From a virus, in the IMG/VR virus record IMGVR_UViG_3300035099_000047, positions 64,001 to 128,000 of that record: a stretch of 64,000 nucleotides of DNA; one strand, 5' to 3'. Both the position numbers and the translations under genes were made by a program. Shown piece after piece: positions 46,994 to 56,992 of this stretch (position 1 is the stretch's first letter; every line of letters begins with the position of its first letter). The notes beneath the pieces are model-generated. The model did no database searches. It was not told where the DNA came from and saw nothing but the letters and a program-made list of their open reading frames with translations.

Positions 46994-48091
46994 TCACACT
47001 TCCCATCCTTCGTCTGGCTCTTCTGGCTCCCACTCTTCCTCTTCAGGTTCCCATTCTTCAATATCAAACTCCTCTGGTTCCTTCACCAATTCATTCAACA
47101 ACTCAGCAGCTTCATCCGGCTCCCGTATCACAGCATATACTATGCGGTGCAGGTCCACTGGGGTCTGGGTGGCCAAGGCGTAATATAAATCAGCCAAGGA
47201 CAAATTGCGGGGCTTGACCGCCAGGAACCGCCGCCACAACTCAGGTCCAATTTGAATCAACCATGGCTCATGCCGTATATCATCAGCCTTGCTCAACACT
47301 GCCTTGGCTGTAGGCTCGTCCATATGAGCCAAACCATGATGGCTGATCAACTCCGCCACCCCCTTACTCATCTCCTGAGCCAACACAGGGAAACAAGTCG
47401 CCCGGGCATCCACTACCGGGGTCTCCTCACCCTCTTCATCTGGTTCATACCTAACACGGGTAGACCCTGTAGCCATGTCGCCTAACATTGCTAACATAGC
47501 AGGTACATCTATTAACCAATGGTAATGGTGAGCTCCCGCTGTAAGTTTGTTATACAAGGGTAGCAACCGACGGTCAATTCGATTGATCTCCTGGTCCACC
47601 ACGTGATGCATGGTCATCATGGCATGAACGGCTGAACCGTGAGTCAAGGCGTTCATGGTCAAGCGCTTGTTGACCTCATCAGTCACCTCCAATCTCTCAT
47701 CAGGCAATTCTTCCTCTTCTTCAAATTCACTACCAATTCCAACTTCTCCGGTCAACCTGCCTTCCAACATTTCTTCCGGCACACCCCATATTTGCATTGT
47801 AATGCGTTTAGCTAGATCAACCAGCTCTTGAGCATGGGCTCTCTCAATGCGTTGCACCTGCTGGTACAAGCTCATCAGCTCTCTCATATCCAATCCAGAT
47901 TGTTGCACCCGCTGGCTGGTATATTCCCAACCGCCGCGGGACAACTCATGGCCAAAAGTTCTCAGGATGGGATGTTGGCTGAACTGGTGACCACCTTGCC
48001 GCAACCCTCGCCAAAAGCGGACAGTCTCAGGATGGGCCTCATCCTCATAAGCTTCATACAATTGGTCAACCAGATTTTCAAAGGTACCCAT
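46994..48091 (-). CDS. Hypothetical protein with CTS-like N-terminus
   Basis: MGTFENLVDQLYE; 365 aa. Confidence 0.8.
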   Translation of the reverse strand: MGTFENLVDQLYEAYEDEAHPETVRFWRGLRQGGHQFSQHPILRTFGHELSRGGWEYTSQRVQQSGLDMRELMSLYQQVQRIERAHAQELVDLAKRITMQIWGVPEEMLEGRLTGEVGIGSEFEEEEELPDERLEVTDEVNKRLTMNALTHGSAVHAMMTMHHVVDQEINRIDRRLLPLYNKLTAGAHHYHWLIDVPAMLAMLGDMATGSTRVRYEPDEEGEETPVVDARATCFPVLAQEMSKGVAELISHHGLAHMDEPTAKAVLSKADDIRHEPWLIQIGPELWRRFLAVKPRNLSLADLYYALATQTPVDLHRIVYAVIREPDEAAELLNELVKEPEEFDIEEWEPEEEEWEPEEPDEGWEV

Positions 48092-48415
48092 ATTGCCTCA
48101 GGACCTCCTCCCCTTTTTCCGTAGTTTGATAAACCTCATTATCAGGACTACCGATCACCAGCAAGGAACCAGAAAGGTCTGGAGGCTCTCTACCAGCCCA
48201 AGGTAAATACGTAGTGTACCCTCTCAACAATTCCCTGAACGCTTGGCTATCTCTAAAGGTGTCCTGTGTTCCCCCATCCTTTTGTATGTTTCTTGCATTT
48301 CCGCGGCACTGCAACCGCCCAGAGCGGCCTGCAATAAGCGCATTTGAAACGGAATCCATTCATCTTGCGGTTCATCTTCACAAAGTCGTTCAACGGCTTT
48401 TTCAAAGATACCCAT
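48078..48415 (-). pseudogene. Winged-helix paralog frameshifted at a G5 run (48271-48275)
   Basis: MGIFEKAVERLCE...LLQAALGGC in one frame, ...YQTTEKGEEVLRQY in another; one extra G joins them. Confidence 0.6.
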
Positions 48416-48716
48416 ATTGCTTCAGAATTTCCATCCCTTTTTCTGTGGTTTGATAAATATGTCTCTTACCCTTCACGCCTCCAAATCTAGTCATCCATCC
48501 TTTGCCAGCAGGGTGCCAGTCCCCTAACAAATACAAATAGTTGTTCACACTCCACAAGCTCTTCCATTCTCCAGCAGCCTTATCCAAGTCATTCCAAAAG
48601 CAGCCTTTTTCAGCCGTTTTCAACAAAGCTAATGCAAGTGGAGACGGTTTTCTAACCCTTTGGGCTTCCACCAATTGGTGAACCACTTGCTCAAACCCAC
48701 CTGCGTTCACGCTCAT
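48402..48716 (-). CDS. Winged-helix protein with CTS-like N-terminus
   Basis: GGFEQVVHQLVE...LLKTAEKGC...YQTTEKGMEILKQY. Confidence 0.7.
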   Translation of the reverse strand: MSVNAGGFEQVVHQLVEAQRVRKPSPLALALLKTAEKGCFWNDLDKAAGEWKSLWSVNNYLYLLGDWHPAGKGWMTRFGGVKGKRHIYQTTEKGMEILKQYGYL

Positions 48717-49000
48717 ACCTTTTCAACGCTTCCAAACCTCTTTTGGTCGTTTGGAAAATCCGCCCTTCATGGTGACCAAAACGCACTATCCAACCAAACA
48801 TCTCAAAGATTCCGATCCACTCCCCCACGCGGGCTTGCTTAGGGATAAGGCGCAAATCCTGGCTAAGGCAACCCCCAACGCAAGCCCTTAACACTTTGAT
48901 TCCATTTTCATCCAAATCCCGACGGAAAAATTCTTCTTCATCTGCATAAAAACGCATTTCACAAAGTCGGCCAACTTGATGATTCACTGAATTCTTCCAT
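48691..49000 (-). CDS. Winged-helix protein, 5' end out of frame
   Basis: ATG 49000 (MEEF) is one base out of frame with NHQVGRLCE...FQTTKRGLEALKRY. Confidence 0.55.
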
Positions 49001-49161
49001 TTCCGGTTGAGACAAACCTTGCAAAGCTACTTTTAATAGCACCACAACATCACTGGACATGAAAGTTGCTTTGTCACCACTGCGGAAGTATACTTCGTGC
49101 AAATGATCAATGGCTTGCTCACCTACCCGAGCTTATTCTCCCATCCGCTATTCATACCTTC

Positions 49162-49350
49162 TCAAGGCTTCCAAGCCTTGGGAGTTGGGACCACCTTCGG
49201 TTTAGGAGGGTTGAACGGCCGGGGCTTCCCCGGCTTAGTAGGAGGCTGATAAGGCCTGCGCACCGGGACTCTCTTGGGGGGAGCTTTTGGAGGGGCGATT
49301 ATAGGCTCTTCACTTAACAATTGCAACACAGCGCGTTCAAAACTGTTCAT
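49162..49350 (-). CDS. Pro/Lys-rich small protein with CTS-like N-terminus
   Basis: MNSFERAVLQLLSE. Confidence 0.65.
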   Translation of the reverse strand: MNSFERAVLQLLSEEPIIAPPKAPPKRVPVRRPYQPPTKPGKPRPFNPPKPKVVPTPKAWKP

Positions 49351-49660
49351 AGCGGTCCACCTGCATATCATAGAGTTTCATGGGGTCATCGGTCAAAAAC
49401 AAATCATGCAACCTGGTAGTAGCCAACTCGTGGAATGCCTGTTGTTTTTCTTCCTCTGAAGTGTCATCTATCCACTCGGCTTCATCATGATTCCAATAGC
49501 ACTTATCCGGGAACATTTCAGCTAACTTTTCCATCAAATCGTCTGGGTCCACAAATACCTTACCAGTGAGGGTAGCCCAAGCATAATAATACCGGTTGCG
49601 GCGTCCCCGACTGTGATAATAGCTAAGAACATCATCCGCAGCTTCCTTGAACCCACCCAT
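49337..49660 (-). CDS. Hypothetical protein with CTS-like N-terminus
   Basis: MGGFKEAADDVL. Confidence 0.6.
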   Translation of the reverse strand: MGGFKEAADDVLSYYHSRGRRNRYYYAWATLTGKVFVDPDDLMEKLAEMFPDKCYWNHDEAEWIDDTSEEEKQQAFHELATTRLHDLFLTDDPMKLYDMQVDRYEQF

Positions 49661-49687
49661 AAAAACCCTTTCAAACTAAATCTGTTT

Positions 49688-49984
49688 CTACTTGTTCCTT
49701 CCCGCCCTTTCCCAAAATCGGCTTCCATCGTATCTTCTCAAGGCTTCCATACCTCTTTTGGTCGTTTGAAACACTCTACCTCCAACTGAACCCAAGACCG
49801 CAATCCAACCATCTTCTATAAGCCGATACATAATACTGAACAGCATCCCCCCAACAGCCTGGTCCAACTCGTCAGGTGTACATCCTTTCATTGCTACTCT
49901 CAAATAATCAGCTTCATCCGCAGTAGGAATCCTACCTACGTTGTCCTCACAAATCCGCTCAACTGCTTTTTCAAATCTGTTCAT
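49688..49984 (-). CDS. Winged-helix protein with CTS-like N-terminus
   Basis: MNRFEKAVERICE...YLRVAMKGC...FQTTKRGMEALRRY. Confidence 0.7.
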   Translation of the reverse strand: MNRFEKAVERICEDNVGRIPTADEADYLRVAMKGCTPDELDQAVGGMLFSIMYRLIEDGWIAVLGSVGGRVFQTTKRGMEALRRYDGSRFWERAGRNK

Positions 49985-50067
49985 ACCCTTCCCTCCCATT
50001 GCTCATACCTCCTCAAGGCTTCCAATCCCTTCAGGTGGTTGACCCTATCTTCAAACAACCCCAAAGC

Positions 50068-50850
50068 TTACTCTCCCGTCAATTGCTTCACATGTTCCAA
50101 CATTTGAGCCCGCTTAGAACAGGAAAACTCCAAATCCAATTTGCTAAGGTACGTAAGCTTGCCTTCCTTGGCCACAAACACGTAATAGGTTTGATCCTTA
50201 GTTACATCACTTCGAGTAAATCCATGATGGGCCAACACCTCTTCAGTAGTGTGTGTTATTGGCTTAGGTTTCTCAACTTCAATAGTACCTACCTTGATAG
50301 GTTTGGCCTCAACCGATTGCTCTTCCTTGGTCAAGCTGGTTGATCGTGTAGAACTGACTGCAGGTATTGCCGGAGTGCTTATAACCGGCCGAAAGGAGCT
50401 AACCTCGGGCACCTGAGCAGGCGGTTCTGGACTGATATCAAACTCGACCACAGTCATACAAGCCTGTTCGCAAGCTGTGATGCAACTACCATCCTCACTT
50501 TGAGTATAAGGGTGAGTTGGCACCGGGCTCTTGAGACCCACCCGGGGAACAGACCGACTCGTTGGCCAATCGCGTTTGGCGAATTCGGCTGGTCGGACGG
50601 ATACAGGCCGGGCAGGTCTAGCGGGTCTGGCTGGAACTGGGAGTTCGGCCGTGGGTGGTTGAAATAGGCCGTCTATAGCCACCCTTATCAAGCACTTATG
50701 TCCACTGGGCTTATCCCCTGGGTTGCGGGCATAGCGGGAGTAATAGGGGTCTGTTACACTTTGACCAGGGGCCAGGGCAATACGGCCCCCGCGTGGATCG
50801 CTCAAGAAAACGGTTTGGTCGCTAGCATTTACAAATTTGAATTTGGTCAT
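50068..50850 (-). CDS. Hypothetical Pro-rich protein containing one CxxxCxxxC motif
   Basis: GSCITACEQACMT. Confidence 0.7.
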   Translation of the reverse strand: MTKFKFVNASDQTVFLSDPRGGRIALAPGQSVTDPYYSRYARNPGDKPSGHKCLIRVAIDGLFQPPTAELPVPARPARPARPVSVRPAEFAKRDWPTSRSVPRVGLKSPVPTHPYTQSEDGSCITACEQACMTVVEFDISPEPPAQVPEVSSFRPVISTPAIPAVSSTRSTSLTKEEQSVEAKPIKVGTIEVEKPKPITHTTEEVLAHHGFTRSDVTKDQTYYVFVAKEGKLTYLSKLDLEFSCSKRAQMLEHVKQLTGE

Positions 50851-50880
50851 TTCCAGTTCTCCGGTTCGAGTTGAGTAACA

Positions 50881-51159
50881 CTAATCATCTTCATCCGATT
50901 CCTCAGCGCATGCTAGACGGTCAATTTCCACCATGTCAAACTTGGCCTTTTCCAGCATCCCCAAAGCACAACTTAAACAACAGCTACCGGCGATCACCAG
51001 CCTTTCTATCAAAAAGATGGCTGCTGAACTTTGCATTTTGTCCGGTAATCTTTTGAACAAACAACCCAGGATTGCAGCTTCTTTTTCCACTTCCTCCCAA
51101 GTGGCGTTGGCCAAAGGTTCCTCTGAATCTGGAGAAGAGTTGTGGTTCAAATCTGACAT
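50881..51159 (-). CDS. Hypothetical protein
   Basis: AAGGA RBS; GTATAATA upstream at ~51207-51214. Confidence 0.55.
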   Translation of the reverse strand: MSDLNHNSSPDSEEPLANATWEEVEKEAAILGCLFKRLPDKMQSSAAIFLIERLVIAGSCCLSCALGMLEKAKFDMVEIDRLACAEESDEDD

Positions 51160-51249
51160 TGATAGGTTCCTTTCGCAGGTTGATGGTTGAGCAGCTCACC
51201 TAACGCTATTATACAAGGCATCGGTGATTCAGTGCCCAGATTAGTTTTA

Positions 51250-51299
51250 AGGGGAGGTGAACTGGCCAACCTGCGAGTAAATGCCAATCCACCTCCCCT
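51250..51299. terminator. Hairpin downstream of the major capsid gene
   Basis: AGGGGAGGTG...CACCTCCCCT inverted repeat. Confidence 0.55.
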
Positions 51300-51325
51300 T
51301 CAATTGGGTCATGTCTACTTTCCCA

Positions 51326-51399
51326 CCCCTAACCGGGGACTGCCGTTGCCCGGGTTTGGAAGTGTAACCGATCCCAACCTGCGAGCAAGCCACAACCCC
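51326..51399 (-). ncRNA. Structured element copy 2
   Basis: Homologous to 3552-3643; begins immediately after the capsid stop codon. Confidence 0.5.
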
Positions 51400-51400
51400 T

Positions 51401-52840
51401 TTACACTAAGGTCCCAACAGCGTAGAACCTGTTGTTGATGACTTTTTGTGCTGAACGTGTCAAAAGTCCACGGCGGCTCACAAAGTCATCCAACGTGATG
51501 GTGGGCGTGCTGATCAATCCCTGATACACAGCATGCACATAGCCAGTATCCAGGAAGTTGCCTCCCTTGCCACCCATCAGCCACTCATTGGTTGGATACG
51601 CCGAATCCTTGTAAACCTCCCAATCTCCAAGGGTTCCAACCTTCCTAATACCTGCCACCCCACTCACAGGCGGACTCTTAACAAACGCAGGCACCAAGGT
51701 CTCGACGATGTTGGCCACATTCATGCCCACCACCAACCAGGAACCTTGCATCCGCTGAGTCTGTTGGAAAATCGTGTTCGACGTTTCAGTAAAAGCGTCG
51801 ATCAAGATTTCCTTGTGGTCCTTATAGCTGACACCAACCGGCGGAGTCGGATCAAACGTCACTGGGCTGGCTGCATTGTATGCAATAGCCCGCAGGTGCC
51901 GAATGATCTTTTCGTTGATCTCCTGGCTGATACGATTGGTGGCCAGCGTGACCAACTCCGTTTCGGCCACAATGCCGTGGACAGCCAGCAGATCCTGTTC
52001 GGCTTCAAGGCTCCACCTGAACCTTAGTTTATTCGGCCTAGTGACTACCGGGCTGGAGGTCAGCTGGATCTCCAATTCCGGAATCAAGTCACTTGCCTCC
52101 ATGTCATACTCATAGGTGGCTGTAACAGCGTCGCTATCACTATGACCTGCCGTGAATACCACAGCGTAAACACCTGTGGCATAGTTGACAGTATTGGTGT
52201 AAGTGGCATCTGGTGTGCCTACATTACCAATCAAATTCCCGTTGCCATCATCCGTGATGTGATAGGTTCCATCGGTGATATCCACTGTGCCTGGCCTTAC
52301 TGGGTAATAACTCAGTGTACCCTTAATTTTGTCGGTGCTAGTAACACCCAGAGCCTCATTCTCCACCACCTCATCAGTGTAGTGGTAACTGCGCTCCGGG
52401 CCAGCCTGGGCATCATAGATCTTAGTGCCCTTGGTGAGTGTACCCTTAGTACGGCCAGCCACGGCGTCCATGTAAAAGACTAGGCCGGTCGGGGCAGGCA
52501 GGGGCTGCACGCTGACCAAATCGGCAGCCACCAGGTTAGCAAACACCATGCGGATGATGGGGAACACGTATTTTTCATACGTACCCACTTGCAAGGTGCG
52601 GGTGGCTTCATCCAATCGGTCATAGTACCGCTTGGCATTTTCCAACAGAGTGGCCACCAATGCCCGACGATACGGGTCCTCAATACCTTCCATGAAGTTG
52701 ATGGAGCCTTCCTTGCCCCAATGACGCAGCCGATTGGCGGGCATATTGCCCCAGCTCTCGGCCAACACCTGTCCTCGATTCAACATGTCCTCCCAAGTTT
52801 CGTACATCGAGGACTCTTCAATTGCATGTCGATTACCCAT
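51401..52840 (-). CDS. Major capsid protein (T4 gp23-like)
   Basis: ATLLEN...FPIIR...LVSVQPLPAPTGLVFY...KLRFRWSLEAEQDL.A.HGI.AE.EL...EIN. Confidence 0.96.
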   Translation of the reverse strand: MGNRHAIEESSMYETWEDMLNRGQVLAESWGNMPANRLRHWGKEGSINFMEGIEDPYRRALVATLLENAKRYYDRLDEATRTLQVGTYEKYVFPIIRMVFANLVAADLVSVQPLPAPTGLVFYMDAVAGRTKGTLTKGTKIYDAQAGPERSYHYTDEVVENEALGVTSTDKIKGTLSYYPVRPGTVDITDGTYHITDDGNGNLIGNVGTPDATYTNTVNYATGVYAVVFTAGHSDSDAVTATYEYDMEASDLIPELEIQLTSSPVVTRPNKLRFRWSLEAEQDLLAVHGIVAETELVTLATNRISQEINEKIIRHLRAIAYNAASPVTFDPTPPVGVSYKDHKEILIDAFTETSNTIFQQTQRMQGSWLVVGMNVANIVETLVPAFVKSPPVSGVAGIRKVGTLGDWEVYKDSAYPTNEWLMGGKGGNFLDTGYVHAVYQGLISTPTITLDDFVSRRGLLTRSAQKVINNRFYAVGTLV

Positions 52841-52922
52841 GACTAAGATCTCCAACGAACGGTGCAGTTGATACCATGAGAGTTCGGTCAACGCAACCGA
52901 ACCCCGACCCAGAAAGAGCCCG

Positions 52923-54485
52923 TTACTTGACTTTTCTAACCAGGCTCTCCATCAAATTGGTCGGCTTGGCAACACCCGCACGGGCTGGTCTCGCTGAGGA
53001 GCCTCTGGCTTCAGTCAGCGGGGGCAGGTCGGAGGGGTAGTCCTTGCGACCACTCATAATCGGCTGGATGAAACCTTCAACCAGCTGTTTGACTTGCTTA
53101 ACCGTATGGCACTCACTCAATTGTTTCTCAATGGGCTTGAGAGCAGGGGCGTGGTTCATTAACGACTCCACGTATTGGGCCACCTGTTCACCTCGGTATC
53201 GCTTTACAGTGGCTTCTAACAGCTTCAAGCTGGCCTCAGCCCGCTTAAAAGCTTCAGCCAATTGACCCCTGAGCTGTTTAATAGTGCGCTCGGCCATTCG
53301 CTTGTTGGCCCTGCTCTTGGTCACCAGTGTCTCACCCAACTGAATGGCCACGTGATACCTTTCCTGCAGTGATCGGTCGCGGCGGTAGGCGCGCTCCATC
53401 ACCCGAGCAGCTGCATCATCAGTTGGGGTGATGTCTTCCTTTTTCTCTTTTTCCTTTTTGGCTTTTTCCTCAGCCGCAATGCATTCCTCAGCTTCACGCA
53501 TCCGGCGAATAGCTCGTGTGATTTCTTCTCCACGATTGGTCAGCTGACCCCGCAAGTGGGCCACATCCGAACTAAACTCACTTTCGGTAATGGAGCCCAA
53601 CCCGGCCAACGTGTCATTGACCTTTTGAGCGTGCTCCAATAGCCCTTCCAATGTGATGTCCTTACCTCCCAGGTATTGACCTGAACTCTCCACAACCACT
53701 CGGGCCCGCGCAGTGCGGTCCGAAGACTCTTTCAATTGAACCGGTGTAGTCATTGTCTTGTTCTCCAAAATGGGTACCAGAAATATCCTCGATCCGTTGT
53801 TGGTTTGTAGGCTTTCCACAGGGCGAGTTGTTGCTCCCATTACGCTTGGGATGTAAACGTGATCAAACGTGTCTAACACATAGTCGCTAGCCTCTACGAT
53901 TTCGTCTCCGTTCTCGTTACGAGTGCTACCAGAACCTCGGCTACTCACCGCAACAGGCACTCCAACGTCAAAATACTCCCTCAAAATTTGACCAGCTGGA
54001 GTATTGAAAATCAGATGGGTCACATAAATCTTACCATCCTTGCGTTGAACATCTTCTACCAAGTGGCTTAGCCCCAAGTTGTTATGTCCGTGCAACTTGG
54101 TGTTGCCACTTTCAGGGTGCTCCAACTCCCCCAACACACTACGTTCCCGCAACCTGCGACGAAAGGTTCCATCCTCAGACAACACCCGATCCCACAAGGT
54201 TGAGGGATAAATGCGGCCATTCTGATTCTTGAGATTTTCCACTTGGCCTGGACCCGTCACCCGCAGCCGTTTGTTATGGCTCAATAGCTCTTGCAGGATC
54301 TGATCCTTGCTACCCCGCCAGTGTTCAATCAGCTGTTCATTTTTCTCCTGCTCCAACAGCCGATTAAATTCCTCCCAACGGGGCATCAACACACTTTCCT
54401 TCAAACCCTCCGAAGTGACCCACTCCTTTTGCCACTGGTCTGGGGGTACTGTCATTGTTTCTATTAGCAATTTTCGTTCAGCCAT
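52923..54485 (-). CDS. Prohead protease (gp21-like) fused to a coiled-coil scaffold domain
   Basis: NQNGRIYP...LGELEHP...SH...TPAG...VSSRGSGS...FDHVYIPS. Confidence 0.93.
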   Translation of the reverse strand: MAERKLLIETMTVPPDQWQKEWVTSEGLKESVLMPRWEEFNRLLEQEKNEQLIEHWRGSKDQILQELLSHNKRLRVTGPGQVENLKNQNGRIYPSTLWDRVLSEDGTFRRRLRERSVLGELEHPESGNTKLHGHNNLGLSHLVEDVQRKDGKIYVTHLIFNTPAGQILREYFDVGVPVAVSSRGSGSTRNENGDEIVEASDYVLDTFDHVYIPSVMGATTRPVESLQTNNGSRIFLVPILENKTMTTPVQLKESSDRTARARVVVESSGQYLGGKDITLEGLLEHAQKVNDTLAGLGSITESEFSSDVAHLRGQLTNRGEEITRAIRRMREAEECIAAEEKAKKEKEKKEDITPTDDAAARVMERAYRRDRSLQERYHVAIQLGETLVTKSRANKRMAERTIKQLRGQLAEAFKRAEASLKLLEATVKRYRGEQVAQYVESLMNHAPALKPIEKQLSECHTVKQVKQLVEGFIQPIMSGRKDYPSDLPPLTEARGSSARPARAGVAKPTNLMESLVRKVK

Positions 54486-54775
54486 TTGTTATCCTCCGAA
54501 CGAAGGCCCCAACTTGAAGGTCCAGTTGGTTTGTCTACTGTGTAAGTGTGTTTCATCCATATGTGATACTTTTCCAACAGTTTCATCAACAATTCAAACT
54601 TGCCACGAGGTATAAACACCTCTCTGGCTGGCATTTCCGGGTGCACTCCCGTATTACGAATCAGGACACCAGATTTATAATCATGACTGGGCAAGTACAA
54701 TTCCAATCCACCCTCGCGGGCGATCAAATGATGCTCGTTTAACAATTGCTCAGCGGCTTCTTCAAAACAGTTCAT
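54464..54775 (-). CDS. Hypothetical protein with CTS-like N-terminus
   Basis: MNCFEEAAEQLLNE. Confidence 0.65.
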   Translation of the reverse strand: MNCFEEAAEQLLNEHHLIAREGGLELYLPSHDYKSGVLIRNTGVHPEMPAREVFIPRGKFELLMKLLEKYHIWMKHTYTVDKPTGPSSWGLRSEDNKWLNENC

Positions 54776-55091
54776 TCGTACCTAGAACCCAGGTGTACTG
54801 ATCCAATGGCCCCACCAAATAACTAGTGTCTTCTGGCAAAGGTTCAATTGAGTAATTGTAACCACTCCTCAAATCAACTCGGATTGCATACGTATTCCAT
54901 ACTCGATCAAGTATCCTGTCAATCACGTGGGGCAACAGCTTCCAACACCTCAGCAGGCAACGGGCCTCATCCAACGTGACCAGGTAAGTATCTCCATTTG
55001 GATAACAAAGGGTCAAATCAACTTCACGAACCCCACGGTAAATGTCAAGGGTACGCAGCTGCGGAATGTACGGTGGAGTTAGCTTGGGCAT
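54762..55091 (-). CDS. Hypothetical protein
   Basis: Coupled ORF. Confidence 0.6.
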   Translation of the reverse strand: MPKLTPPYIPQLRTLDIYRGVREVDLTLCYPNGDTYLVTLDEARCLLRCWKLLPHVIDRILDRVWNTYAIRVDLRSGYNYSIEPLPEDTSYLVGPLDQYTWVLGTNELF

Positions 55092-55489
55092 CAGTCTTTC
55101 TTCCCGCCACCAAATATGCGCTTTTTGAGTTCCGCTTTGCTGAGTCCAGGAAACATGTGGCTGATGTGTTCCAACGTTTCTTCCTGCTCTTCCTTGCTAA
55201 ATTCAATACCTTCCAATGGGGGAGTGAGCCATGGTAACGGTACGGTATCCACATCAGCCGTGGTCGTGGCTTCTTGCACACGTTCCAAGCTCTCACTCTT
55301 CCGCTTTTTCCTACGAGATTTATAGCCTTTGCTGCGCATCCACCACGCTAAAGCCCAAGGGTTATCAATTTCCCTGTGCCTTTTCATCCCTTTGACGGTT
55401 CCTTCCCAACCAGGTGGAGCCACCTCCACAATCTGAACACCCTCACCAATCAACCGCTGGGCCACAGCATCAAAATCGGCTTTGTCCAT
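55091..55489 (-). CDS. Hypothetical protein with CTS-like N-terminus
   Basis: MDKADFDAVAQRLIGE; APPGWEGTVKGMK...NPWALAWWM. Confidence 0.7.
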   Translation of the reverse strand: MDKADFDAVAQRLIGEGVQIVEVAPPGWEGTVKGMKRHREIDNPWALAWWMRSKGYKSRRKKRKSESLERVQEATTTADVDTVPLPWLTPPLEGIEFSKEEQEETLEHISHMFPGLSKAELKKRIFGGGKKD

Positions 55490-55493
55490 ACCA

Positions 55494-55766
55494 TCAGCTC
55501 CTCTGGTAAATACCAGTATGGAATGCACCCATGCCACTCTTACCTTTCTGAACAAGAGCCACTGCTTGCTCCAACTCGTCATCCGTCATCATCGACATCG
55601 CAGCGGAGTCAAAACCCTTCGACCTCAAAAACTCAACTGATCGCTTGCGTTGCCGCATAGCAGGAGACAGTTGACCCGGTGCTTGTGGCCCCGAGGCACG
55701 TTGCCCAGGAGGTGAACCTTGACCCTGATTACTAAGTTGATTCACGGCTTCTTCAAAAGATCCCAT
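55494..55766 (-). CDS. Hypothetical protein with CTS-like N-terminus
   Basis: MGSFEEAVNQL. Confidence 0.65.
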   Translation of the reverse strand: MGSFEEAVNQLSNQGQGSPPGQRASGPQAPGQLSPAMRQRKRSVEFLRSKGFDSAAMSMMTDDELEQAVALVQKGKSGMGAFHTGIYQRS

Positions 55767-55809
55767 AAGTCACCTTCACAAACAGTTAGACAGACCCGCA
55801 ACTAACCCC

Positions 55810-56268
55810 TTACCAACCACTCAAGGACCACAGGAACTGTCGAACTTCCTCAGATTTCAACGCCCTATCATGGAGGTCAACCACTATTTTCAAATCCGGT
55901 GTAGCCTGAAGGTAGGGTTTACCATTTTTCAACACCACGTATATCACACCATAATGTTTAAGGTACGTATTAGCGTATTTCTCATCTCTGGTATCCCAAT
56001 AAGTTCGCCTGCCTATCGTCGCCAAGCTCTCTGGATCAGTTACGTGTAAAAACACGTAGGGGCCCTTTTGCCTTTCCACCTTTACCCCGGGCAGAGTGGT
56101 CAAATCCTCTCTAGGAGCACCACGCCTTGGCAATCTTCTCGGCATGTTTTCTGGCTCATCAAGGGCTGGGCTGCTTTCAAATTCATCTTCAAACTCCGCG
56201 GGCTCAGGGGGTTCAAAAAACGGACCTGTTTCTAACAAACGGTCAACAGCTTGTTCAAAAATGTCCAT
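55810..56268 (-). CDS. CTS-like protein with a domain paralogous to 45127..46407
   Basis: MDIFEQAVDRLLE; GPY..L.VTDP.SL...IYVVLK.G.P..Q.TPD. Confidence 0.75.
   Translation of the reverse strand: MDIFEQAVDRLLETGPFFEPPEPAEFEDEFESSPALDEPENMPRRLPRRGAPREDLTTLPGVKVERQKGPYVFLHVTDPESLATIGRRTYWDTRDEKYANTYLKHYGVIYVVLKNGKPYLQATPDLKIVVDLHDRALKSEEVRQFLWSLSGW
56150..56208. repeat. 59-bp dispersed repeat (second copy 59462-59520)
   Basis: 4 mismatches in 59 nt; both encode PEPAEFEDEFESxPALDEPE. Confidence 0.9.
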
Positions 56269-56342
56269 GTCTATCTCCTTGGACTAGTTGAGCAAATGGT
56301 AGAACCACCTAGCCTGGATCGGGCTAGGTGGTTAAAAATTCA

Positions 56343-56717
56343 TTATCGTTTCAAGCTATCACTTTCATCTACCAGCTCAATCTGGCCTTGGGTTTCTCCA
56401 CCCACAGTCACTGCCTGAATGCGTACCAAAGTCTCGAGGCCCTGAATGTAACCACTCAAAACCGCTTGGCTGTGAGCTTTAACCGACGAGACTGTAGCCC
56501 GCGTGGTCCAAGCACCCACTTTAGTGTCTGGGTCCACTGAATACCCATCCAAAGTAATCGTAACCGGGTTTTCCCCAGTGTTGTAAATTAGCCCCTTAAA
56601 CACCCGGGGGCCAACATCCACCTTCAAGTCATAGGCTTTGGCATTGCCTTGATAAATGGTGCTGATACTGGTCCCGGCACTGAAACGAATCGTTCTCGAA
56701 ATCAGAGTCCCCATCAC
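56343..56717 (-). CDS. Putative beta-rich head decoration/structural protein
   Basis: Composition and position. Confidence 0.55.
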   Translation of the reverse strand: MMGTLISRTIRFSAGTSISTIYQGNAKAYDLKVDVGPRVFKGLIYNTGENPVTITLDGYSVDPDTKVGAWTTRATVSSVKAHSQAVLSGYIQGLETLVRIQAVTVGGETQGQIELVDESDSLKR

Positions 56718-56989
56718 AATTCTCCTTCAATTAAAACAGAAACCAACTTGTTTAACATCACCTGATGTTCATACAGGTTAGCTGACTGAGCCACGAGCCC
56801 AGCCAACCGGTGAACTGGCTTGTTACTGTCAGGTTTGATCTGACCCGCTTCATACACACCAATAGCGTTCAACAGTATTCGACCTTCTGGACCCAATTGT
56901 TTGGCATAGCACTTGGCTTCTTGGAGTCCTTTGACACGAACTATCTCCAAAAACTCAGCAATCGTCGGCAATGACTTGAGTTCAACCAT
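56714..56989 (-). CDS. Hypothetical protein
   Basis: Coupled ORF. Confidence 0.55.
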   Translation of the reverse strand: MVELKSLPTIAEFLEIVRVKGLQEAKCYAKQLGPEGRILLNAIGVYEAGQIKPDSNKPVHRLAGLVAQSANLYEHQVMLNKLVSVLIEGEL

Positions 56990-56992
56990 TTG

